Source: an uncultured Gammaproteobacteria bacterium (GTDB lineage Bacteria; Pseudomonadota; Gammaproteobacteria; JACCXJ01). Taken from it: a stretch of 64,000 nucleotides of DNA. Below, piece after piece: positions 50,158 through 63,302 of this stretch (positions within the stretch are counted from its first letter, which is position 1; every line of letters begins with the position of its first letter). The notes below the pieces were generated by a model. It did no database searches, was not told the origin of the DNA, and was given only the letters and a program-made list of their open reading frames with translations. The stretch spans positions 288,001 to 352,000 of the forward strand of contig CAVXTM010000001.1 in the NCBI GenBank assembly GCA_963764725.1, written 5' to 3'. The position numbers and the translations under genes are program-made.

Positions 50158-51066
50158 TTAGTTTGTTGAGATCTCGCCCGAGTTGCAAGATCCCGCGCTT
50201 TCTTCCGGCTTCCCGCGCTCCGCAACACGGTGAGATGAAATCTCTAGCATGAGCCGGTAGACCTGATTCTTATTCGCTCCGGAAATCTCGGTCGCGGCCG
50301 CTACCGCTTGCCTCGCCGGCAGGTATTTCAACAGGGTCGCGACCGAATGCCGCAATTGCTCATGGTCATCGGCATTCCCCGCCGCACCCGCGACTACGAT
50401 AACAATCTCGCCCTGGACACGCTCCTTCTGTTGCAACCATTCGGACAGGCCGCGCAAGGTTCCGGCAAACGTTTCCTCGTAAATTTTCGTCAACTCTCGC
50501 GCCAGCGTCACGCGCCGATCCGCTCCGAAAAGTTCATTCATGTCGGTAACACAATCCCGCACGCGGTGCGGAACTTCGTACACCACGAGGGTCCTCTGTT
50601 CATGGCACAGCACCGACAAGCGATCCCGGCGCGCGGGTCGCCGTGGGGGCAGGAATCCCTCAAAGACAAACCGATCGGTGGGTAGGCCGGCCACTGAAAG
50701 ACTCGCGACGATCGCGCAAGGCCCCGGAATCGAGCATAATTTGTAACCGGCGGCGCGTACCGCTTGCACTAAATGATAACCCGGGTCGCTTATCAAAGGT
50801 GTGCCGGCATCGCAAATTAGAGCAACACTCTGTGCGGCCGCCAAACGCCGCACCACCGCAGGACACAGACGTCTTTCATTATGCTGATGAAATGGTAGCA
50901 GCGGCGTCGCGATCCCAAAATGGTTTAATAGACGCGCGCTCACACGGGTATCTTCCGCAAGCACCACATCGACGCTGCCGAGCACTTGCCGCGCGCGCGG
51001 ACTAATATCCTGAAGATTTCCGATAGGCGTCGCTACGACGTAAAGAACTCCCTGCTCAATTGACAC
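50158..51066 (-). CDS. rsmI: 16S rRNA C1402 2'-O-methyltransferase
   Basis: LYVVATPIGNL, AEDTR, DAGTPLISDPG, ARELTK; start reassigned to GTG 51066 (51072 is an alternative). Confidence 0.96.
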   Translation of the reverse strand: MSIEQGVLYVVATPIGNLQDISPRARQVLGSVDVVLAEDTRVSARLLNHFGIATPLLPFHQHNERRLCPAVVRRLAAAQSVALICDAGTPLISDPGYHLVQAVRAAGYKLCSIPGPCAIVASLSVAGLPTDRFVFEGFLPPRRPARRDRLSVLCHEQRTLVVYEVPHRVRDCVTDMNELFGADRRVTLARELTKIYEETFAGTLRGLSEWLQQKERVQGEIVIVVAGAAGNADDHEQLRHSVATLLKYLPARQAVAAATEISGANKNQVYRLMLEISSHRVAERGKPEESAGSCNSGEISTN

Positions 51067-51088
51067 GGCCACAAGCCCTTCCGATACT
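51060..51088 (+). promoter_or_regulatory. Putative sigma-70 promoter for lpoA
   Basis: TTGACA (51060-51065), 17 nt, GATACT (51083-51088), 9 nt before ATG 51098. Confidence 0.5.
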
Positions 51089-51097
51089 GTTCTGACA

Positions 51098-52930
51098 ATG
51101 CCCTTATTATTAAACAACACCCTGCGCCGGTTTGCTTTACTGCTATTCGCAGTGGCAGCAGGGTGTGCGCACGTTGCATCACCCAAGCCCCAGGTCAAGT
51201 CTTACTCCGACCAACAGGCTATGCGTTTGTTGCAGTCCGGAAAGCTAGAGGCGGCGGCCGCCGAGTTCAAACGCTTGCAGACAATCTCCTCGGCCCCCGA
51301 ATCCTACCTGTTCGGCCTGCGCGCGGCGGATACGTTGTTGAAAGCGAGACGCTTGGGAGAGGCCCGCCAGGTCTTGGACGGGATCAAGGTTCCGGCGCGC
51401 GAGCACTACTTGAAAGTATGGCACACCCTCTTATCGGCGCAAACGTCGTTGCTGAGCCGCAACGCCGCGGAAGCGCTGGCCGCGCTGAAGGGTATCGAAG
51501 GCGATCGGGTTCCCGATGCATTACGCCCCCGCTATCACCGGGTTCTTGCCGACGCCTATCAAGGCAAGAGTGAATTTTTATCGGCGGCGCGGGAGCAGGT
51601 TGCGCTAGACCCCTATCTCGCCGATGAAGAACTGAAACGCGCCAATCGCTTGGCTATATGGGACGCACTCCATCAGGCAACGCGTTCTGATCTCACCCAA
51701 GAACTATCCGTCGGCTCGCCCTTGCTGCGCGGCTGGATTGATCTGGTGCTTATCGCGAGATCAGACAATGACCCCTCGTTCGAAGCGCTCCTCGCCACTT
51801 GGGAGAAGCAATACCCTCATCACCCGGCGCGCCAAGAAGCCTTGCCGCGAGTCCGGGAGCAACGGGCCCTTCTGAACCTTGATCCCCTGCACGTCGCGCT
51901 GCTTCTACCTCTGTTCGGTCAATATGCCGAAGCCGCGACCGCAATCAAAGACGGTTTTATTGCTGCCTGGTACAGCGATAGCGCGAACAGCGCGCGGCGC
52001 GCCCTATCGATCCATGACACCAATGCGGCCAACGCCCCCGCGGTCTATCGGAGTGCGTTAGAGGAGGGTGCTGAGTTCATCGTCGGTCCCTTGGACAAGC
52101 AGGCCCTGAAGGTACTGGTTGCATCCAACGTGATAACGGTCCCGACGCTGGCGTTGAATTGGGTCGAGGGCTTGGATCACCGCGCCGATGTTCGCAATTT
52201 GTATCAGTTCGGCCTGCCGCCGGAGGACGAGGCCGGGCAGATCGCCGAGCGCGCCTGGTTGGACGGGCGCTTGAGGGCACTAGTCTTAACACCCGCCAGT
52301 CCCTGGGGCGAACGCCTGTTGCGTGCGTTCAAAAAACGCTGGCAAGATCTGGGCGGCGCGATTGTGGTCCAACAAACCTATCACCGTGATGCTAGTGATA
52401 TCGAAACCGCGGTTGCGGAGCTGATGCGCGCTAGCGTTCGCCCTTCAGCGCCGCCGACACCGCTAAGCGAGGCCTACGCAGCGAGCCCCGCAGCGGACTT
52501 CATTTTCATGGCGGCTTCCCCCCGTGAGGCTCGCTTGATACTTCAGCGGATCAGCTCGCTCGGAAGTGATCGCCTACCGATCTACGCGACATCCCACGTC
52601 TACTCCTCCGCGCCTACCCCGGAAGCCGATAGAGCCCTCGATGGAGTGACATTCGGTGACATGCCGTGGGTGCTCGATCCTTACCGCAGCGATCTTAGCG
52701 CGAGCACGAGACATTATTGGCCTAAGAGATTTGAGACCCATGCGCGGCTGTTTGCCTTTGGCGTCGATGCCTACCGCCTAATGGCTCGCATCGGAGCGCT
52801 TCAAAGCGATCCCTCGGCCCGCCTGGAGGGTGCCACCGGGATCCTGCGTATGGATGAACACAAACGCATTCGTCGACAGCTAGCGTGGGCTCAATTCCTG
52901 AATGGCGTGCCTGCGTTGCTGCACGAATAA
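51098..52930 (+). CDS. lpoA: Penicillin-binding protein activator LpoA (LppC family lipoprotein)
   Basis: Lipobox AAGC, VALLLPL, IVGPL, FGLPPEDEA, RLFAFGVDAY; divergent from rsmI. Confidence 0.92.
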   Translation: MPLLLNNTLRRFALLLFAVAAGCAHVASPKPQVKSYSDQQAMRLLQSGKLEAAAAEFKRLQTISSAPESYLFGLRAADTLLKARRLGEARQVLDGIKVPAREHYLKVWHTLLSAQTSLLSRNAAEALAALKGIEGDRVPDALRPRYHRVLADAYQGKSEFLSAAREQVALDPYLADEELKRANRLAIWDALHQATRSDLTQELSVGSPLLRGWIDLVLIARSDNDPSFEALLATWEKQYPHHPARQEALPRVREQRALLNLDPLHVALLLPLFGQYAEAATAIKDGFIAAWYSDSANSARRALSIHDTNAANAPAVYRSALEEGAEFIVGPLDKQALKVLVASNVITVPTLALNWVEGLDHRADVRNLYQFGLPPEDEAGQIAERAWLDGRLRALVLTPASPWGERLLRAFKKRWQDLGGAIVVQQTYHRDASDIETAVAELMRASVRPSAPPTPLSEAYAASPAADFIFMAASPREARLILQRISSLGSDRLPIYATSHVYSSAPTPEADRALDGVTFGDMPWVLDPYRSDLSASTRHYWPKRFETHARLFAFGVDAYRLMARIGALQSDPSARLEGATGILRMDEHKRIRRQLAWAQFLNGVPALLHE

Positions 52931-52936
52931 ACCGGC

Positions 52937-54255
<1,319 letters not shown>

Positions 54256-54298
54256 CAGGGAGCGCTTCCGCGGCGCCGGACAGGCATGCTTCGACTTG

Positions 54299-54670
54299 TT
54301 ATTTGATCAGCTTGAGGACGGGTTTCCGCGGCGCAGGGCGGTTCGCCGTATCCGGTTCGGGCGCAAACACCATGCCCTTGCCGTTTTCCTTTGAATAGAT
54401 GGCTTCGACTGCGGTGAGCGGAACGAGGATCCCGTAAGCCGTTCCGCCAAACCGTCCGCTGAATTCAATAGAGCCATTGTCGATTTTCAAACCGTGTACG
54501 GCGGCAGGCGATATATTTAGTATGATTCTGCCATTCTTCACATACTGCGGAGGAACCACCACTCCGGAGCGGGTCGTATCTACGATCAGATGCGGCGTAA
54601 GCTGGTTATCAATGATCCAAGCGTAGAATGCGCGCAGCAGATACGGACGCGTAGAACTTAGTTTCTCCAT
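54299..54670 (-). CDS. sspB: ClpXP adaptor SspB
   Basis: STRPYLLRAFYAWI.DN, RFGG, C-terminal KPVLKLIK; GGAGG before ATG 54670. Confidence 0.94.
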   Translation of the reverse strand: MEKLSSTRPYLLRAFYAWIIDNQLTPHLIVDTTRSGVVVPPQYVKNGRIILNISPAAVHGLKIDNGSIEFSGRFGGTAYGILVPLTAVEAIYSKENGKGMVFAPEPDTANRPAPRKPVLKLIK

Positions 54671-54821
54671 TTCTAATAGCCCTCCTACGAAGTCATCGGA
54701 AACCAGTCCGGCTTCCGTCCGCGACTCCATTTCTGGTGCGTGGCGCTAAACAGGGTAATCGGTAACACAATATCTTAAACCCAGTGCTTTGTATCTCTCT
54801 GAATGCAGATCAAAAACGCTC

Positions 54822-55451
54822 TTATTGTTCCCACATGTCTTTTTCAAGTTCCGACAGGCTGAATTTGAACGACGATCGAGCGAATAGGCGTTCCGCGTAC
54901 TTTAGAAGCGGCTTTGCTTGATTCGGCAGTTTGATGCCGTAGTAGTGCAACCGCCAAAGCAAGGGCGCTATCGAACAATCCACCAGCGAATAATCGGCTG
55001 ACATGAAATACTGACACTGCACGAAACTCGGCGCTATCACCGTCAGGTTATCGCGCAAAGCCTTGCGTGCATTGGATGCCGCGATCTCATTCTTCCCGGT
55101 AACGCTGTCGATCCAGTGGTAAAGATCACGAAACACCCGATACCGAAATTGACGGTTATTGGCGCGCGCCACCGGATCTACCGGTAACAGGGGAGGGTGC
55201 GGAAAGCGCTCGTCCAAATATTCCATCATGATCTGAGCATCGTATAGCACAAGATCGCGATCGATGAGCGTCAGCACCGTGCCGTAAGGGTTAAGTTCGT
55301 TGAGATCTTCAGGCCGGTTATCCAGCCCGACATAGTTGATGTCGACGCTCACGTCTTTTTCCGCTAACACAATCCGAGCACAGTGCCCGATGGGATCCTT
55401 CGGCTCGCAATAGAGAGTCATAACAGAGCGTCTGCCGGTGAGCACAGCCAT
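54822..55451 (-). CDS. sspA: Stringent starvation protein A
   Basis: RRSVMTLY, EYLDERFPHPPL, PLLWRL. Confidence 0.94.
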   Translation of the reverse strand: MAVLTGRRSVMTLYCEPKDPIGHCARIVLAEKDVSVDINYVGLDNRPEDLNELNPYGTVLTLIDRDLVLYDAQIMMEYLDERFPHPPLLPVDPVARANNRQFRYRVFRDLYHWIDSVTGKNEIAASNARKALRDNLTVIAPSFVQCQYFMSADYSLVDCSIAPLLWRLHYYGIKLPNQAKPLLKYAERLFARSSFKFSLSELEKDMWEQ

Positions 55452-55515
55452 CGGCTTACACCAACGAGCGGATATAATGAGCGAGAGTTTTGATCGGCAG
55501 CATGGCTAGGATGAC

Positions 55516-56241
55516 TTATATATCTTTCCAGTACTCTTGTTTGAGCAAATACGCAATGGCCAAAAATACGGCGAGATATAACAACACGCCAATGCCTATG
55601 TTCTGTCGCAAGGGTTTAACAGGTTCCGCAAGATACGCAAGGAAACTGACTAGGTCTCGGACCATGGTCCTGTATTCACTGTCGGGCAAGCGGCCCGCGA
55701 TGGCCATCTCCAGGCTCAGACTATCACCTCGCTCTGCATTCTCGACCTGCTGAGCGAGCCGCTGCCACCCCTGATATTCCCATAATACATGCGGCATCGC
55801 GGTACCCCTGAACTCGAGGTTGTTAACGCCCGTCGGCCGGCTCGGGTCGAGATAGAACGAGGTTAGAAACGCAAACAACCAATCCGGGCTCCGCGACCGG
55901 GCGATTACAGATAAATCGGGCGGAACGACTCCAAACCATGCTTCCGCGTCCTCGGCCCGCATCGCGATCTCCATCGTATTTCCCATCTTATCAGTTACAA
56001 ACATCAGATTTTCAACCATCAGCGGCTCGGGAATACCCAGGTCGGGGGCAATTCTGGAAAAGCGCATATACGACGCGGAATGGCAACTCAGGCAATAATT
56101 CACGAATACTTTTGCCCCGCGTTGCAGGGATGCTTTATCGCGTATATCAATTTCAATCGGCTCCAAAGGCCGGGCCGCTTCGGCGAGGCTACACAAACCG
56201 AGTAGCGAAACACCGATGAACCCTAGAGCCGCTGTTCGCAC
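55516..56241 (-). CDS. petC: Cytochrome c1
   Basis: CLSCH heme motif, PPDLS, AMP, C-terminal TM ending EYWKDI. Confidence 0.96.
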   Translation of the reverse strand: MRTAALGFIGVSLLGLCSLAEAARPLEPIEIDIRDKASLQRGAKVFVNYCLSCHSASYMRFSRIAPDLGIPEPLMVENLMFVTDKMGNTMEIAMRAEDAEAWFGVVPPDLSVIARSRSPDWLFAFLTSFYLDPSRPTGVNNLEFRGTAMPHVLWEYQGWQRLAQQVENAERGDSLSLEMAIAGRLPDSEYRTMVRDLVSFLAYLAEPVKPLRQNIGIGVLLYLAVFLAIAYLLKQEYWKDI

Positions 56242-56251
56242 TTCGCGGGCC

Positions 56252-57481
56252 TCAGCTCAAGCGATCTGGCACGGGCTTCGATTTATCCCACTTGGTATAA
56301 AACGGCATGAGCAGGAAAAATAGGAAGTACAACGTCGAGAAGATCCTGGCGAGCAAGGTATAAAGACCCGTTGGGTTTTGCGTCCCCAGATAACCCAGCC
56401 CGATAAAGCTGATCGTGAAGAGGGTCAAGGCCGTCTTGTATAAGGGGCCGCGGTAACGGATCGACTTGACTGGGCTTTTATCCAACCATGGGAGTAAGAA
56501 CAGGACTACGATAGCCAGTGTCATGGCGAGGACACCGAGAAGCTTATCCGGAATAGCGCGTAAGATCGAGTAAAAAGGTGTGAGATACCACAGCGGAGCA
56601 ATGTGCTCCGGCGTCACGAGCGGATTGGCCGGCTCGAAATTACTACTCTCCAAGAACCAGCCGCCCATCTCCGGTATGAAGAATACCACCAGCGCAAACA
56701 AGATCAGGAACACGACGATTCCGACGAGGTCTTTTACCGTGTAATAAGGGTGAAACGGGACGCCATCGAGCAGGATGCCTTTTGAATCCTTCCGGTACTT
56801 TATCTCGACGCCATCGGGATTATTAGACCCGACCTCGTGCAGGGCCAGGAGGTGAGCCACCACCATGCCGATCAGGACCAGGGGAACCGCAATGATATGA
56901 AACGAGTAGAATCGGTTCAGCGTAACGTCGGAAACTTCGTAGTCGCCCCGAATCCACAAAGCGATATCTTCGCCGATCACGGGAATGGCGCCGAATAGCG
57001 AGGTGATGACCTTGGCGCCCCAATAAGACATTTGCCCCCAGGGCAGGAGGTAACCGAAGAAGGCCTCGGCCATGAGCAATAAATAGAGTGTCATGCCGAT
57101 CAACCACAGAAGCTCGCGCGGCTGTTTATACGAGCCGTATAACAGTGCCCTGAACATATGCAGATAAATCACGATGAAGAACGCCGAGGCTCCGGTCGAA
57201 TGCATGTAGCGAATGAGCCAGCCCCACTCGACATCGCGCATGATGTATTCGATCGAAGCAAATGCCTGGCCGGCATCGGGTTTGTAGTACATCGCCAACC
57301 AGATCCCCGTGACAATCTGGATGAAGAGAACGAACAGCGCGAGCGAACCGAAGTAATACCAGAAGTTAAAATTCTTTGGCGCATAGTACTTCGCCGCGTG
57401 CTCGTTCCAGAGTTTGCTCAGCGGAAAGCGCGCGTCGATCCAATCGAGCAATCGCGACCGGCGCGTGCTACGGCTACTCAT
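56252..57481 (-). CDS. petB: Cytochrome b
   Basis: WYYFGS, RYMHSTGAS, PWGQMSYWG, PLWY. Confidence 0.97.
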   Translation of the reverse strand: MSSRSTRRSRLLDWIDARFPLSKLWNEHAAKYYAPKNFNFWYYFGSLALFVLFIQIVTGIWLAMYYKPDAGQAFASIEYIMRDVEWGWLIRYMHSTGASAFFIVIYLHMFRALLYGSYKQPRELLWLIGMTLYLLLMAEAFFGYLLPWGQMSYWGAKVITSLFGAIPVIGEDIALWIRGDYEVSDVTLNRFYSFHIIAVPLVLIGMVVAHLLALHEVGSNNPDGVEIKYRKDSKGILLDGVPFHPYYTVKDLVGIVVFLILFALVVFFIPEMGGWFLESSNFEPANPLVTPEHIAPLWYLTPFYSILRAIPDKLLGVLAMTLAIVVLFLLPWLDKSPVKSIRYRGPLYKTALTLFTISFIGLGYLGTQNPTGLYTLLARIFSTLYFLFFLLMPFYTKWDKSKPVPDRLS

Positions 57482-58086
57482 GCCACGCCTTTCTCATCCG
57501 CCCCGATCACTAAGCGAATCGCACTTAGATATCGGTGGGGAGGCACGACAAGATTACTCGGGGCAGGGAACCCTTTCTCCACACGCCCGGCGAGGTCGAA
57601 CCGCGAACCGTGGCAAGGACAGAAGAAACCGCCTGGCCAATTCGCCCCGAGCTGCGATGATAACTCCGACGATTCCCCCGCGGGAACATAGGCCGGCGAG
57701 CACCCGAGGTGAGTACAGATTCCGATGAGCACCAGATATTCGGGCTTTATCGACCGGTGGTTGTTCGCCGCATAAGCGGGCTGTTGCGGCTCCTCGGAGG
57801 TAGGATCAACCAGTTCTTCCTGGTGTCCGCTGAGGGTCGCCAACTGCTCTTCTGAGCGACGCAGCACCCACACGGGCTTACCTCGCCATAGGGCCCGCAT
57901 CAACTGACCGGGTTTGAGATGGCTGATATCCACTTCGATGGGCGCGCCTTCGGCCAGCGTCTTGGCGCTCGGCTGCAAGGAAGCCACGAAAGGCGTTGCG
58001 GCCAATGCCACGCCCGTGCCGCCCACGACCGACGCCGCCGTGGTAAGAAATCGGCGTCGCTTGCAATCTACCTCGTCATCGCTCAC
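57478..58086 (-). CDS. petA: Ubiquinol-cytochrome c reductase Rieske subunit
   Basis: Tat motif RRRFL, CTHLGC, CPCHGS. Confidence 0.97.
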   Translation of the reverse strand: MSDDEVDCKRRRFLTTAASVVGGTGVALAATPFVASLQPSAKTLAEGAPIEVDISHLKPGQLMRALWRGKPVWVLRRSEEQLATLSGHQEELVDPTSEEPQQPAYAANNHRSIKPEYLVLIGICTHLGCSPAYVPAGESSELSSQLGANWPGGFFCPCHGSRFDLAGRVEKGFPAPSNLVVPPHRYLSAIRLVIGADEKGVA

Positions 58087-58173
58087 ATGCCATCTCCAAA
58101 TGCCTGGAAACCGTCGTTTAGATGAGACGAATTATACATAACCAACGCTGTTGTGGGGTTTCACAAACTAGGT

Positions 58174-59289
58174 TTATTCGCAGAGGTGCATTGTCAACAC
58201 CGCACAAAACGCCTCGTTTTCCTCATGCCGGCCGACCGTCACCCGTAGACAGTCCCCGAGGAGCGGATGCTGACCATTTAAATTTCTTACAAGTATGTTC
58301 TCGTGTCTAAGCCCATTGAATATCCGATCGGCCCGGCCGGGTATGCGTAGGAGCAGGAAATTCGTGCGGCTGGGCCACACCTGTAGGCCTCGCATCCCAG
58401 TGAGCGCTTGATAGAGCGCCTGACGTTCCGAACATATCTGCGCGATCTGGGCTGCGAACACCTCGGCGTGTGTGAGCATGAACGCGCCGCTCGCTTGTGA
58501 TAGAGAATTCATGTTGTACGGCAACCGGGTTTTACTGATCTCGGCAAGCCATTCGGGCGCTCCGATCAACATGCCGATGCGTAGGCCCGCCAGTCCGATC
58601 TTGGAAAGGGTACGGAGAATCAGTACTCGCGGGTGACGCGATAGCTCATCAAGGCAGGTTTCGCCAGCGAAACTAAAGTAGGCCTCATCGATCAAGACTA
58701 TACCGGGGCTTGCGGCAATGATCTCCGCGATGAGACCGCGATCAAAAAGATTTCCGGTGGGGTTGTTGGGATAGCTCAAAGCGACCACGGCCGGCTGCCG
58801 ACCTTGGATCGCGCTGAGCATCGCCGCGCCATCGAGATCAAAATTCGGGCTTCTCAAAGGCACTCCGACATACTCGAGGCCCGTGATCTTCGCGATCAGG
58901 CGATACATGGCAAACGTGGGTTCGGGCGCTACCAAGCACCGGCCCGGCCCTCCCACGGTTAACCCAACCATTTGGATAAGCTCATCGGAACCGTTACCGA
59001 GCAGCAGATCCAATCCCGAGGGCAGTTCCAGATAGGTCGTAAGGCGATCCTTCAAAGCGCGGGCTTCGCCGTCGGGATAGCGGTTCAGCAGGACATGGCG
59101 GAGAACCTCCAGCCACGCGCTGGTGAACTCCTCGGGCCAGGAGTAAGGGTTCTCCATGGCATCGAGCTTGATGCATCCGTGGGCCTGGGGGACGGTATAG
59201 GCTGCAAGCTCCCGCACTTCGGGGCGGACCCAATCGTCGATCCGCGCCGGCTTCATCGCCCCCGACGCTTGCTCGGTGCAGCGCTTCAT
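58174..59289 (-). CDS. hisC: Histidinol-phosphate aminotransferase
   Basis: KLDAMENP, GNGSDE, PNNPTG, DEAY, RTLSK; start 59289 (coupled to hisD stop) or 59256. Confidence 0.95.
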   Translation of the reverse strand: MKRCTEQASGAMKPARIDDWVRPEVRELAAYTVPQAHGCIKLDAMENPYSWPEEFTSAWLEVLRHVLLNRYPDGEARALKDRLTTYLELPSGLDLLLGNGSDELIQMVGLTVGGPGRCLVAPEPTFAMYRLIAKITGLEYVGVPLRSPNFDLDGAAMLSAIQGRQPAVVALSYPNNPTGNLFDRGLIAEIIAASPGIVLIDEAYFSFAGETCLDELSRHPRVLILRTLSKIGLAGLRIGMLIGAPEWLAEISKTRLPYNMNSLSQASGAFMLTHAEVFAAQIAQICSERQALYQALTGMRGLQVWPSRTNFLLLRIPGRADRIFNGLRHENILVRNLNGQHPLLGDCLRVTVGRHEENEAFCAVLTMHLCE

Positions 59290-60593
59290 CAGCGCTCGGG
59301 CAGGATGCGGTATTCGGCCGAACGGGCGTGCGCCGTAAGCCCTTCGGCACGCGCTAAAACGGCGGCCGTGCGGCCTAGCTTGCTTGCCGCCGCCGCCGGG
59401 CAAATGATCAACGAGGACCACTTCTGAAAATCGTAGACGCCCAGCGGCGATGAGAAGCGCGCCGTGCGGCCGGTCGGCAACACGTGGTTGGGGCCCGCGC
59501 AGTAGTCCCCGAGCGCCTCCGCCGCGTAGGGTCCGACGAAAATCGCACCCGCGTGCTTGATCTTCGGTACCCATTGCTCCGCATCCGTCAACGCCAGTTC
59601 AAGATGTTCCGGCGCGATACGGTTGGCGAGATCAATCGCTTCCTCGATGTCCCGCACCTTGATCAAAGCCCCTCGGGAGGACAAGGCCGCCTTGATAATC
59701 GAAGCGCGCTCCATCGCTGGGAGCTCACGCTCGATGCTCGCCGCGACCGCTTGTAAATACGACACATCGGGAGAGAGCAACAATGCCTGGGCTTGTTCGT
59801 CATGTTCGGCCTGCGCGAAAAGGTCCATCGCTATCCACTCGGGGGGCGCCGCGCCGTCGGCGACGATGAGCACCTCCGAGGGCCCGGCGATCATGTCGAT
59901 CCCAACCTTTCCGAACACCACCGCCTTTGCCGCGGCGACATAACTATTCCCCGGCCCGACGATCTTATCGACACGTGGGATGGTCTCGGTCCCATAGGCG
60001 AGCGCCGCGATCGCCTGCGCCCCGCCCACCGTGAACACCCGATCGACCCCCGCAATGGCTGCCGCCGCGAGTACGATCGGTTCGAGCTTGCCCTCGGGCG
60101 CGGGCACTACCATGACGATTTCGTTTACGCCCGCGATTTTGGCGGGAATGACGTTCATCAGAACCGACGAAGGATAGGCCGCCTTGCCGCCCGGCACGTA
60201 AACGCCGGCCCGATCCATCGCTGTCAGTCGCTGCCCCAGCACTGTTCCATCGCCCTCCCGATAGCTCCAGGAAGCCTGTTGTTGATTTTCATGGTAGCGG
60301 CGAATGCGGTCGGCCGCCGTCTCCAGGGCATCCCGTACGCGCGGCTCACAGGAAGCCAGCGCGTTGCGGAGCCGCTCGTTGGAGAGCGCGAGATCGCTCG
60401 GGCCAGCCACCGGGCGGCGGTCGAACTTAACAGTGTATTCGATGAGCGCGGCATCGCCACGCCGGCGCACATCGTCGACGATCGCGCGCACCCCCTCGCC
60501 GATCTCGCGGTCGGCTGAAGTATCGTGGCCTAAGAGAGCGCTAAGCTCATCATCAAACTGCGGGTCTGCCGTGTCTAGGCGTCGGATATTCAT
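59289..60593 (-). CDS. hisD: Histidinol dehydrogenase
   Basis: [38 protein letters not shown]. Confidence 0.97.
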   Translation of the reverse strand: MNIRRLDTADPQFDDELSALLGHDTSADREIGEGVRAIVDDVRRRGDAALIEYTVKFDRRPVAGPSDLALSNERLRNALASCEPRVRDALETAADRIRRYHENQQQASWSYREGDGTVLGQRLTAMDRAGVYVPGGKAAYPSSVLMNVIPAKIAGVNEIVMVVPAPEGKLEPIVLAAAAIAGVDRVFTVGGAQAIAALAYGTETIPRVDKIVGPGNSYVAAAKAVVFGKVGIDMIAGPSEVLIVADGAAPPEWIAMDLFAQAEHDEQAQALLLSPDVSYLQAVAASIERELPAMERASIIKAALSSRGALIKVRDIEEAIDLANRIAPEHLELALTDAEQWVPKIKHAGAIFVGPYAAEALGDYCAGPNHVLPTGRTARFSSPLGVYDFQKWSSLIICPAAAASKLGRTAAVLARAEGLTAHARSAEYRILPER

Positions 60594-60616
60594 AAGCAAA
60601 ACTCGTTAACGCTCAC

Positions 60617-61333
60617 TCATACGGCCAGCTTGCGATCCGTCGCGGTCTTATCCACCGCCTCCGAAAGCTCCGCGACGAGCGCCTTCACCGCGGTGTGTTT
60701 CACCTTCATCGCAGCTTTGTTGATTATCAGCCGCGCACTGATCTCCGCAATCGTCTCCAGCACCACCAATCCGTTTGCCTTGAGCGTGTTGCCGGTATCT
60801 ATTAAGTCCACGATGCAGTCAGCCAATCCAACCAAGGGCGCGAGCTCCATCGATCCATAGAGATGTATAACCTCGACCTGGTCCCCTTTCTGCGCGAAAT
60901 GCCGGCGCGTCGTCTGCACGTATTTCGTCGCGACGCGCAGCCGGCCGGCGCGCGGCAGAGGTTCGGCCTTCCCCGCGACCACGAGCTTGCAGCGTGCGAT
61001 ATCGAGGTCCAGCGGCTCATAGAATCCCTCGCTCCGGTATTCCAGCAACACGTCCTTTCCGGCGACACCGAGATCGGCGCCGCCGTAATTGACGTACGTG
61101 GGCACATCCGCGGCGCGCACGATCACTAGGCGTAGCCCTCGATCCTTGAGCGGGATCACGAGACTGCGCGAGGTCTCCGGGTCCTCTGCGGATTTGATCC
61201 CCATGCGATCGAGGAGGTTGCGGAACTCCGAGAGAATACGGCCCTTCGACACCGCGATGGCCAACGTCGATCCGCGATCGACGCCCCGAACGGGTCCCGC
61301 TTGACCCCTCAGTTCGATCATTGGATGTGCCAC
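60617..61333 (-). CDS. hisG: ATP phosphoribosyltransferase, short form
   Basis: [31 protein letters not shown]; lacks the C-terminal regulatory domain. Confidence 0.95.
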   Translation of the reverse strand: MAHPMIELRGQAGPVRGVDRGSTLAIAVSKGRILSEFRNLLDRMGIKSAEDPETSRSLVIPLKDRGLRLVIVRAADVPTYVNYGGADLGVAGKDVLLEYRSEGFYEPLDLDIARCKLVVAGKAEPLPRAGRLRVATKYVQTTRRHFAQKGDQVEVIHLYGSMELAPLVGLADCIVDLIDTGNTLKANGLVVLETIAEISARLIINKAAMKVKHTAVKALVAELSEAVDKTATDRKLAV

Positions 61334-61339
61334 CCCTTC

Positions 61340-62632
<1,293 letters not shown>

Positions 62633-62682
62633 TCATCGTGACGTCCCCATTCAACCGAGACGGCAGGGTGAGACGCCCGACG

Positions 62683-62925
62683 CTACCGCGGCCTCGAGGC
62701 TGCCCACTCCTCGGGTGTGTAAGTGCGCATCGATAATGCGTGGATCTCGGTTTCCATTTTGGTCCCGAGACCGGCATACACCAAGCGGTGGCGTTGCAGC
62801 GCCGCGAGGCCTCCGAAGGCTGGACTGATGATGCACGCCTGAAAGTGCCGACCGTCACCGTCCACGATCGCTTGCGCGTGAGGGATCGCCGACTCGATAA
62901 GCGTTTTGATTTGTTGTGGCGTCAC
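62683..62925 (-). CDS. BolA/IbaG family protein
   Basis: GDGRHF, QRHRLVY, EIHALS; upstream of murA. Confidence 0.92.
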   Translation of the reverse strand: MTPQQIKTLIESAIPHAQAIVDGDGRHFQACIISPAFGGLAALQRHRLVYAGLGTKMETEIHALSMRTYTPEEWAASRPR

Positions 62926-63302
62926 GTTGCAACTACGCGTACGCTGTCCCGACCGCGTACTTCGGCCTCAGAGAACGCCTCGGCGGGCAATACCTTGTCC
63001 ACCCCGCAGATCTTGGCGATCGCCAGCATGCGCGCCGGGATGTTTTGAAATCGAACCGCCACCTTGTGCCGGCGGCCCTCCCGGGCCCAATTTACTAACA
63101 GCGCAAGCCCGACGCTGTCGATCCTTGCCACCGCTCTTAAGTCCACAACAACCGAAGAATCGGTGAACATCCCGGCGCCTCGATCGAGGATGCTTGGAAC
63201 CGTCCCGATGTCAACGTCTCCCGCCAGGGACCAACTTCCGTTAGCCTCGTGTGCGAGCGCTATCCCATCGCTGGAGTTACTTTTTTTCGTTCTTCGTTTC
63301 AA
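62922..63302 (-). CDS. mlaB: STAS-domain protein MlaB
   Basis: DLRAVARIDSVGLALL; downstream of mlaC. Confidence 0.85.
   Translation of the reverse strand: MKRRTKKSNSSDGIALAHEANGSWSLAGDVDIGTVPSILDRGAGMFTDSSVVVDLRAVARIDSVGLALLVNWAREGRRHKVAVRFQNIPARMLAIAKICGVDKVLPAEAFSEAEVRGRDSVRVVAT

Noticed and set aside
60617-61333. Short hisG as a truncation
   Set aside because: Normal HisZ-dependent short form.
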